Assembly: GCF_963853765.1 (NCBI RefSeq)
Contig: NC_088858.1
Location: forward strand, 3,038,001 to 3,102,000
From: Magallana gigas
Lineage: Eukaryota
Direction: 5' to 3'
DNA: 64,000 nt
Shown here: positions 50,205 to 61,800 of the stretch, piece by piece
How positions within the stretch are numbered: the stretch's first letter is position 1
How the letters are laid out: each line of letters starts with the position of its first letter
Program-made: the position numbers and the translations under genes
Notes under the pieces: model-generated
What the model was told of the DNA's origin: nothing
What the model saw: only the letters and a program-made list of their open reading frames with translations
Database searches by the model: none

Positions 50205-50859
50205 CTGGAATTTTAATTTTATTTGATTTGATAAAAGTTAAACATCTGTACATATATATCACATTCATAATATATACTTCAGTTTTACTTTGTCAATTCT
50301 ATGATTATATTCATTCGATTTCATTTTGACTGTATGCCAACATGGTGATGTCAATATGAATAATCTGAACTAAAATTAATCATGTTAAAAAATTAAGTCA
50401 TATTAAACTTTATATGATTATACTCTTGACTCAAATCAATCATGTCAAAAAATAAGTCATAACTTTACAATATGAGCGCCATTGACCATAAAAAGTCAAA
50501 GTATTTGGACAATTTAATTAAAAAATAATAAAACCGGGGAAAACCTTGCAATCTTGATGGTGCGAAACGAATAATGGTTGTCGTAAAATGTTGTTTGGAC
50601 ATACACCGCGTTTTATCATTTATCATGTTTATATAGATAATTTAATATTAATTCATTACTGATTTTTCCATTATCTTTAGTATATAACAAAATATAACCT
50701 AGTTTTGTTATGTCTCCTGTTTTGCAGTTGAACACCGATGTCGTAAAATACAATACTGAACGGGGTTTACGATACTTTGGCAGATTCGTCTGACATCACG
50801 CTGTTGAGCAGAAGCATCTCCATTTCCTACAGCTAAATCAGGTATTTGTGAATCTCACT

Positions 50860-51030
50860 CTGAACAGGTATAAGCCAGAAGTAAAGTTCGTTTGGTGATT
50901 TATACAATTTTCTTTGTAAATTGAATGACTTTTCTGTTGCTTCCGTATAAGGAATCAACTACTGGAGTCATCTTCTATGTAAACTGATATATGGGGTGTA
51001 TAGTTACTGTGAAAGGCGTCGCGAGTGAGT
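50860..51030. promoter_or_regulatory. Candidate bidirectional promoter core for CCNK and SETD3
   Basis: Both first coding exons have upstream acceptors, so both need UTR exons. Candidate donors face outward: GTGAG on - near 50857 and GTGAGT on + at 51025, after a TCGCGA motif. Inference only. Confidence 0.3.
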
Positions 51031-51233
51031 AACATGTCGAATTTTATGAATAATTTATTTCGCCACCTATGGCAGAAATGAGATTGAGTCTGACATATCC
51101 CCCCTACCACAGAGTTTCTGAAAACCAAGAATTTCTATTGGTTGTTCAGACTGATGACTTCTATGTTTTACCAGTCCGGAGCAAATTCTATCAGTCTGAA
51201 TAAAACAGTACCTGTTGTTCAGTGTTGTATAGT

Positions 51234-51725
51234 TAGGGCTGGGACGATACTGTACTTAGCCGATTCAGTACATATCACGATACATGAGATGCGATACGAT
51301 ACTCATCACGATACATTGCAACTAAATGAAAACATGAATAAGGGTTAAAAATATATTCAATCTGTCGATGTATTACCGCATGTCAAAAGTTATTTTGATA
51401 TATTTAAAATGAGCGTTGCACAATTTACAAATTACTTAAGTCTCATATACACTCCTTTTTTATAAACAAGTAATCCAAAAGTTGTCAACACTCCAGATTT
51501 AGCTTCCTAACAGTTTTGACAACTTTACGAGGTTTTCCGCCATCTTTGTACTTTCATAATAGGCGCGCGGACTAAAAATAGCCGATATATGAAGCTCCGA
51601 TATTTTTGGAAAATAAAAAAAAGTTCGCTTAGGTATCGTTGTATTAATGGTAAATGTATCGATCCAAATATCGTCAAAATAAATACCGTGATGCACCGGT
51701 GCATCGGTGGATTGTCCCATCCCAA
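51234..51725. mobile_element. hAT-type MITE (492 bp)
   Basis: TIR TAGGGCTGGGACGAT / ATTGTCCCATCCCAA; exact 8-bp TSD TGTATAGT; CGATAC subterminal repeats. Confidence 0.85.
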
Positions 51726-52895
51726 TGTATAGTTACCCAAAAAAAACTATAACTAGGTTTTAATAAATGAAACACTCCATAATACGTAATCAACAATTTA
51801 TTTCAGAATTTGTTTCCTAATTCCATCTCTTTTATAATCTCTTTTATTTTGTCCTTGTTCCTGCTCCATTTCAAAAATGTCTAGTGCAATATTGTGCCTT
51901 AGACTCACAATTTTCAGCAGCTTTACTAGACTGGATAAATTCTGATGATATGTTTCGCAATCAGAAATAGTAGAAAATTGAACATTTTTGGAACCAGAAG
52001 TGAAAGCTGATTTATAAAATTGGCCAAGTTTGACCCATCTTTACACAAACAGATCATGTCGTGCCAGTAACCTTCCTTTATTTCAGCAATTCCTTGCCTT
52101 TCTGCCACTTTGTTTTAAATTCAAAATTATTATTTTATTTATACTTTTACTTTTTTCTCAATCCTAGCATCGCATTTAGTTTACACCAGGCTTGAAGCCT
52201 GATAGAAAGTTATGCTAAATCTGTGTAAGATAATGGCTTAGAAGAAACTTAAGTTAAAAGCTCTTTAAAGCGTTTTTGAAATTATGACTAAAAGACAAAA
52301 ATTCTGCGTAGACACTGAGAATTTCCAGATTGTTAGAGTAGATGTAATGGTCATGTGGACCAGTAAAACATTGAAAATATCAGGCATTTTAATTTTTTCT
52401 GTTGGTTTTGCCCGTAGGACTGATGGTTTATGAAAACTCTGCCAGATGGGGCACATGCAGCTAGCCCTCTGTTTGGTGATTTACTGTGGTCAATCATGCA
52501 CCTATGTGGCACTCCTTTGACAATCAATAAATGTTTACTTTGGTTTATACTCTCTTGAAGAAATCTGCATTATGTTAATTTATTTCCATTGGGAATGTAC
52601 TCTTACACATTTATTATGAATTCATAAATAAATCTTTTAGAATTGATTTTATAATACATTGATTTTTGACAGGGAAGTAATGAAAAAGGATAATATAAAT
52701 GCATCCAGGAAGTTGCAAATAATCATTATTTCTTTATCTAGGTGATTGAAAATGATATGACCCTTGTCTTTTGGCTGATTCCATCAATAGACAAGTGAAA
52801 AATAAGTACAGCCAATGAAAAATGTTGATCTTTATTAATGTACATCCAAAGCTCAATTAAGATGTTTATTATTTCTTTGAAGGTGAAAGATTACC

Positions 52896-55800
52896 ATGGG
52901 AAAGAAAAGTAAGAAGCAGAAGGATAGTGGAAAACGTGCAGCAGCATCTGTAGAGGGAAAAGAGTTGTCCAAGCAACAGAAAAAGCAGCTGATGGAGCTG
53001 GTGACCCAGTTGTTACAAAGTGTGTATCATGTATATCGTCTTAGGCATGTTCAGCAGAGCGGGTGCTTGCAGAGTTCTTAAAATCTTTCGGTCCTGTCGG
53101 CAAGACCGATAAAAATAACCAAGGACCGATTACTTGAGGTTGCCTGTCAGTCCAAATGACCGGTAGATATGGACAGAGTGACTTGCGAAAATATAACTAA
53201 TTTTTATACTCACTGAGGAGATCCGAACGCATACGATAAATCTAGGGGAGTTTTTCGCGGTTTTTTCGCTCTCTCTAGACTTATTATACATTTTCGGAAC
53301 ACCTCAGTAATTATTACTTCCGTTGCTTTCGATAAGTTTGGCGATAATTTCGTACATATTGATACGGTGTGTTTATAATGCAGCTAACATATGTAGTCAG
53401 ACAATAGGAATAAGTCTTTCAATCATTTTCCAACCTAGCTGTCGTCAGAAATCATGGGAGAAATTGGAAAACTTGTTTTAAACATGAACTGAGGGCCCCC
53501 TATAAATCCGAGATGGCGAGTGTTGTCTCGTTACGTTTTTTCAATGTACATTGCATACATCGAAACAGGGTTTTCAGTGAATGTTTTTATTGCAATACAC
53601 AGAAATACACACAAAAATCCCAATGTAATCATTTATAAAATTTTTCGGGAAATAAGAACTCCGCTATCTGACAACCGAGCCCTAGTTACATATGAGATGT
53701 GCAGAAAGAGAACAAGAAGAAAGTTGATAATGAGAGAGGGAAGGAAATAAAAATAATTAATGAAGTGATAAATAAGAATGTTATCAGGAGCCAGAATGTG
53801 AAAGTTAGGAAAAATCAGATCAATTAAGGAAAAAAGAGAGAAATTAGAAGGCAAATATACTTGTAGTTTTTCATCTTTCTATTGAAAATGTTTGGACTGA
53901 TAGAAATCAGTCTGGACTGACAAACTTCTGATGGTTGTCAGTCCAAATGACTGACAGTGAAAAAAAGATTTCAAAAACTCTGTGCTTGCAAGTGCAAGCT
54001 AAAATTTGTTGCAGGTATAAGAAATTTTGATGAGGGCTTGTGAGCACCCGCTCTGCTGAACATGCCTAAGATATGGCTACTGTCATATTCAATGCCACAC
54101 TAAGAATGACATTGTGTACCATGAGGTCAACAGCAGCCCATTTAATGATGTTGCTTACAGTGTACTCCCCCTTTTGTCTTTATCAAGATTTTAATTAAAG
54201 CTGTAATAAATTGTATCTTTATCAATATTTGTAATGCACAATAGAAAACAGAACTTTGTTCTCAAAATAATAGAAAAGTTAAGTTAAACCAACAGTTTTT
54301 TATCACTCAGAGCTTTATCTTTATACATATATTTACAAATAGAGTAAGTAAAAAATACAGCTATCTCGAACACAGATGTCTCAAATACAATGGATATGTC
54401 AAAGTGATTTGTAAGTCCCAACCACCTATTTTTTAAGTTATTTCGGATATCTCAAAGATTTAGTTTGAGATAACAAAGTTTGACTGTACTTGATTTACAG
54501 GATAATGCAGAGTAAGTACATGATTTAGACAAAAACTAACAATTTGTTAGTAATTGTAATCCTGTACAGTACCGTGATTCTTATATATTTCAGCATGTAT
54601 GGTTATTCCTGATGGTCCCAAGGAATATGAATATTTTGTGGAGCTACACAGCATTGTTGGGAAAATCCGGGCTCTTCAGGACGGTCAGTGTTTCATTTTG
54701 TCAATACATTATCTTCAGAATTGCTGTGCATGAATAATGTATGTACAGGTAGCTTTCAGTACTTTGATTCAACAAAGGTAGTGTGATCATTAAATGACTG
54801 ATGTAAATTGCCTTTAACTGTTCCTGACTTCTATGAAATACATCTAAGGTTTCCATCCAAAGTAATTTCAGACAAAATTAACTATGCAAACCACATAACT
54901 TATAACAACACTTTAATCAGGAGTTACATTAATTTTACATCTTTGCTTATAACTCTACAACTGACGCTCAAGTTGATGAGTTGGTTGATCATCAGAAATT
55001 TATTTAATACTAAAGCCATTAAACAATTAAAATACAAAAATAAGATTTGACCAAAATAGTGACCATGCCTCTTCAATATTTTCAAAAGTTGATATGAAAT
55101 CTTATTAATTGAGACTGACAATTACAGGTATTTCTACTGTAAAACTTGGTTATAGCAAAGTCGCAGGGACCAGTGTGTTTACATACTATATTTGTAAATC
55201 ATTGTTTCTATATAACATTTGGTTATACCCTAATCACTAGAGAAAATTTGATTTATTCATATTTTATTCAATAAGACTACATTTATGCTTATGGAGGCAA
55301 AAAATTAAAAAACATATTTTAAGTCAATTGGTATTGGTTATTTTTGAAACTATAAGAATATTCGTTATAAAAGGTCTAAAAAAAATTTCACCTCTTAGTA
55401 TTGGACTTTAAAAAACCAATCTGTTGTATCTGTAAATTTCTATATTCAAACTTGTAACACTGTTAAATTTTGCAAGGATTTGTTAAGAATTTTCCCGGCA
55501 GAGACTCTATAAAACTTTATATTCGTATTTAATGAATTTTACTGTACCAGTAATAACTTTTGATGCCATTCATTCTAAATCTTTTGGTTGAATTTGTTTC
55601 AAATTAGTTATTTCTGAACAGAATACGCTAGAGAATATCAAGAATACTTTTGTTAATGCTTTTATTATTATATCTGAATTGTAAACTCTTCATGATGAAG
55701 CGATAATAAAAAAACTTCCTCGATAAATTCAACCAATTTTAAAGCATAAATTAATTTGACACTGCATTTGTTTATCTTAAAGAATTCATACAGATACTGA

Positions 55801-58800
55801 CAGTAAATATCATAGAGATTGCATATAATCAACCAATGCCCCCTTGCGGATTTTTTCAAATGAATGGCAATTCAGTCTGTTTATACAAAGAGAGTGAACT
55901 GTGACAAAAAATGTAACTATCAAACAATTAAAAATTCACCATGTTTAGCTGTTATTGATTATAATCATTGATAGAGTATATTCACATTTAAATAACTGCA
56001 GCATTAAAAAAGATATAAATTTTTTGAATTTCAGGCAAAGAACCTTACCATTAGATAAAATATTCAGCATTTGATATAACTAAAATGATATCATTCTTAA
56101 TAATTATTAAAATATCTTCTGAGGTTTAGTTTTTCACACTAATTTTAAGCTAGACCTGTATTAATTTATGAAACAAGAGTTATAAATTTTATAAGATCTG
56201 CAAGCATCTATTTTGTGCCATACAGATCCAGATACTATGAATTCCTAATTACATGTAAACGCGAGGAACTAATATTTGCGTAAATCATAAGAAGCAAATT
56301 TTGTGAATTTTAAAATCTCGCTTTTATTTTTCTGAAAGTTTGAACTGTATGAATAATAACAAGTAATGGTGATCGGGATTTTATATTCTCGCCAATTGAT
56401 ACAACACAACGGAATAGGGAAATTTAGTACTCGCATAAGATAAGGAATTACAGTACCCAGTTATGCATGTCAAAATGTTATTTTATCCAAATTTGTTTCA
56501 GAGAGGGTGAAAACATCCCCCTTTTTTTATTTTAATTGAATAAATCAGTTGGATATAGTCTCTGTCATTTGTTAAACTGAGCTCTATACATTCTTTACAT
56601 AGAATTTTAAATAGCCACTAACAATCACTATAGTCTGTCCCAAGTTATTGCTTCCATCACTTTTTGATGATTATTAATAAAAATACACATACCTGTAAAA
56701 GATGTACAGTTGAAATCAATGAAATGGAAAATATCCAAGATATCTTCATTGACAAATTATCCCTTTTCACTCATAAAAGTTTACAGAAATGAAAACAAAT
56801 TTCTTACAGAGATTTATAATTGGAAATATTTACATCTTTTCTCCATTCGGAAGTACTCGGGACACCTCGCGCAATTTTTAAACATTATCATCCGGGCATA
56901 TTAATGGCTCATGCAATGCAAAATCCCGGTAGACTTTTGTAAAGTGATAAATAAGCACTTTTTTAAATAGTCTGTTCAACTCTTGCAATGTTTTTTCCCC
57001 ATATGGTATACCGGTACGTGTATTTGTGATCAGTAACGTAACATATTTGTTCATTAAATAGTTTCTGACAAATTTCTTTTAATGAACTGATTCAAAATTA
57101 CATTATTCAATTAGCGAAGAACAATTATGTTTCTTTCATTATTTCTAACAACATCTACACATGTATGTTCACATTGCCTGATTTGTTCTCCAATATTAAG
57201 CTTTGTAACTTTTAACCTACAAGTAGAACATTACTAAGTTTTTTGTTTCTGACATTTGTTTCCACATGTTCAGCATCATGTTGTTAACATGCATTTGATA
57301 AATGGTTGGGTCTGTAAAAATGCACCAATAAAAATCTTTGTTGCAAATCGCAATTGTAATACTGTGGTTTCATTAATATTCAAGGGTATCAATTTTCGTG
57401 GATAAAGTGAAAATCACAGTTTCGAGGATACGTAAATTCGTGGCCAATGACCCCATCAATACAAATTGATAGTAGAAATTGCATTTCAATGACCATTTAA
57501 TTTCATGGATAAACTTAACAACGAAATCCACGAAAATTGGTATTCAGCGAATATTGATGAAACCACAGTAGGGTGATTTCACCATGCATCTGACACCTAT
57601 GGGTTTTTCCCTTTGTTCATGCACCAAATATTGTCCAAATATAAATAAAACTTGTTTTAAAAGTTACAGGTTTTCCCCTCGTTTAATTATTGGAGAAATA
57701 ATTGTGAAAATGTAGAAAATAAAGCAAATTAATGAAGTGTTGAACTATTTCACCATGGATTGGACAATATTTATCAAGCATCGGACAACTATCAGTAGAG
57801 ATTAAAAATAAAAAAAATTCTGGTTTTAATGCAAAAGTACAAAGGTTCAGAAAAATAAATTCATTCAATTGCTATTCAGATTTCTTTTAACAATTTATCT
57901 TAAATCCTCAAATCTACATATAGGAAATTAGACCAGTGTTTCTGTTTAAAGAAAAATTTATCATGAGGGGTTCTTTATCGTGCCAGCTCCTACTGGAATT
58001 TTGGACTAAAAAGGCTGTGTCCGTAAAACTCGAATTTTATGTGGTCTGAGGAAAATGTTTGTATAAATTATTTTTTAAATATTTATTTTATTTCACATTT
58101 AAAAAATATTACAAGGAATGGGCACATAATATCCTTATTATTAGAAGAAATCATGCAATGAAAACTGTCCAATGCATGGTTAAATATGTGTCCGATCCAT
58201 GGTGAAATGAACAAATCGAGCAAAAATGACCTTCACATTAATTGTTCAAATTTCTTGGACTTATTTTGATCAAAATTTGTTTCAAAACTTACTTTTTTCC
58301 AATTATTTTATGCAGAAAGTGCATTTTCACTATTTACAATCAAATGCACAACATTCAAATTAGGGATGTCAAATCGGTCAATTTTTAGTACTCGGTTACT
58401 CGGACGTTTTTCCGATCGAGTACCCGGATACTCGGTAAAAGTGTAAATAAATGTGAACAAGTACATTGATAACTGTAAAACCTTGGTCACTTTTGTAGAA
58501 ATAAAACCACATGATATAATGGGAGGTTTCCCCGTAAGTGTGTTTCTGTTGTAAGAATTATGAGCAATTTATTTATCAGATAAATACAAGATAAACACAT
58601 AAAATAAAATTCATAAATTGTCCAAAGTGGGTTTTTTATGTGATCAACACAAGAAGATAGTCTACTGTGAAGCTTTGTTAATCCGAGTCCAGTTTCTCAG
58701 ATAAACGCAGGATACACACAAGAAATAAAATCATAAATTGTTCAAGACGATGTTCAATACGAATGTGATTTAACATTTTTGTCGTTCCCCCCGTATAGGA

Positions 58801-61800
58801 TAAGTTTACTTTGCACAGCTGACATTTTACGTTTTTTTTAATCTTCAGTTCTTTTAAAATATTTTCAGACCTTTGAAGTCGGTGGTGGCATTTTAGGTCT
58901 GTTCATTTTCTCTACTGTGTGCTATCTAATTTATATAATAGAGTATATATTAAACGATGTTCAGTGAAAACAAATCATTAAAGTAAGTCAGAAATAAGGG
59001 TAGAAGACAGCCAAAGGTGATAAAAGCTAGGTAACAGGGGCTCGGTCACGATAATTACTATATAAACACAGCCACAGGCGATAACGGTCATTTAGCATAT
59101 TTAGAGGCGTAGGAAATCCTAATTACTGTATGTACAAGTGCAATTGACGTTTTAAGTTTTAAAACCGATGTTTTAATGCATTATTAAATAAACTTAGAAA
59201 TATTAAAAAATATACATCCGAGTAACCGAGTACTGATTTTAGTAATCGATACTCAGACGTTCGATCGAGTACCCGGTTAACCGGGTACTCGTTGACATCC
59301 CTAATTCAAATAATGCCTTAGTGTAAAATCTTCATAACTAAATTTTCAATGAAGGCGTATTTGGCATCATTTTACGATGCCTATATTGCTTTTTCTTTGA
59401 CAATATGACTGCGTGTCATATTCTTAATAAAGTTCATTAGTTCTAATTCAGGAATATACAAAACAACGCATGAGCGCATGCACATTTATTTGTATATTTA
59501 TAACCAAAGTTGTCCGATCCAAGGTATGTGTCCGATGCTTGGTTAACACACCCTACAAAGTTTAACCAGTATGAAAGTGTCATTAATGAACACTTTACTA
59601 TTTCTGTTGTTGTGTATACTTTCCAACAAAATAGTTTATTTGATATAAAATTTAATGCCAAAATTTTACATTTTATCAAAGGGCCTCCCCTTTGATAAAA
59701 TGTAAAATTTTGGCATTAAATTTCATGAATAAATGTCAATAAATGAAATACGCATTGTTTTGTTTTAGTTTTTATACCATTGTCTCAATGTCATTAGTAC
59801 ACTGTTGATATTTGACTTTCTTCACTTTTTTGCCTGAATACTCAGCAACAAAAAGATTATCATCAGTATCTGTACATATTCCCCATGGACTATTCAGTCC
59901 ACAGTCAATGTAGCTGATAAACTGTCCATCCTGGTCTATAATGTGGATGCAGTTTTTACTACTGCTGCCATAACCAGTATTAGCAATAAGGATGTGACTC
60001 TGACTGTCTGTGGTGATTCCTTGAGGATAGAACTGTTCGTTCCTTCCAATATGACTTTCTCCTTTATACCGAAATCTCAGCTTCCCGGCCTTGTTGACAA
60101 CAACGATTGCTCGGCCTCTGTGGTCAGTCACACAGATATCTTGGTTCCTATTTACGGTGATGTAAACAGCGCATTGATACAGAGGCTGGCCGTCAACATC
60201 ATATTGAATGCTTTGTTTCTCTGTGGAGCCTGAATAACGCATGACTTTTGATTGTTCTTTATCTTCACTGACCATGGTAACCAGGAGGTCACCAGAGGAG
60301 GTACCACAGACACCGCGAGGTCTCCACCCCTGTAGTCTGATCACTGCCTCTATCTTTTTATTTTTCACAATATTTACAGATTCATCTTCATAATCAGCAA
60401 AAACAAAATCTCCATTTGGTGTGACTGTTATAGATGCTGTAGTGCATCCTGATAAGGTTTTGATTGACTTCAGTTTTAAGTCCTGCTCTATACTGTAGAG
60501 TTTCATGATGTTGCCATTTCCACATGTCCAGAAGCTGTCACCGCTCAGACAAGCTACATTTTTCAAGAGTATGTAATCAGTTTTTATAGTGGCAACTATC
60601 TTTGGCTCATCAAGTAGTTTGACAACTTGAGGAGAGAATTCAGCTACAGGGAAATCCTCCTCTGTTTTAAACCAGTAGCCAGATTCATCTGAAGAATATG
60701 AAAATGATGACAAGTTTCCAAATAGTTCACAAAGTGTGTCCTCAAATACCTTTCTTGGAGTAAACTTTGGTAAGAATGGCAAAATCTTGTCTGGAATTTT
60801 ACTGTATTTTTCTAAATTGCCTTCAAAACTTTTGAGTTTTGAAATATCATTTGAGTCTAAAACATTATCAAACAGATGTATTTCATCCTTGATGTTGCTA
60901 AGTTTCTCATTGACTTCATCTAATTTTTTCTGCAAAGATTGCATCTGCTTTGCTTTCATCTTTTTAGCTTTCTTTTTACGTCCTTTGATGAGTTTGTTAA
61001 TTTCTTTGTGCAAATCTTCTCCATGTTCTGTTATGGCTGTTGTGAGATCTTCATATCCGTTCTCTAACTGGGCAATTATATCTTGTATATCAGATGCAAT
61101 GTGCTGATAAGTAGGATAGATTGTCTGCTTCAGTTCAGATTTATCCTTGGAAACCTGTGATTTCTTTTTTTCTAGAACTTCTAGAATTTTAGAGAGTTTA
61201 TGACCAGGATGCAGGTCCATTGTAATGCAAGAGAGACAGATTGGAATTTCACACTGGTTGCAGTACGTTGCACATAACTCATTGTCATGAGATGCACAAT
61301 CAGGGTAAAGAGGGTTGGAATTCATGGAGCGAAATTTGACAACCCTATGGTCAAAAATTTCATCAGATGCTACATGTTCTCCCACACAGGCGGTGCAAAA
61401 GTTTCCGTTGCAGGTGTCACAGTGCATCTGTACGAAGGCCGTCTCACATAGGTCACAGTACACTGCTTCCTGGGCACTGCTCCGTGGCTCCTTATTGGTT
61501 CTCCTACGGGGAGGCATGTTGTAATTAAGGGCTGTGAAAAAATTTTGATAGATATAAATCGATACAAGAAGCAGTGTGTTTATAGATCCAGTATCTGGAT
61601 TTCTTTCAAATAACCTTGAAATTTTTTAGCATGTTTTAGTGTAAGGGAGAACAAAAAAAATGAATGATTTCTGATCTCTTTCTAATGTGTGAGACTAAAA
61701 AGGTCTGACAAAAGATGGATATAGGCTTAGACAAACTTATTATTTTTATTTCAGAGATTCTAATTTTTTTTTTTCTAGCTGACGACAAAATAAATGAAAT

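Noticed and set aside
51061-51074. CTCF-like motif CGCCACCTATGGC near the CCNK/SETD3 promoter
   Set aside because: It is a single imperfect short match and cannot be supported without ChIP data or conservation.
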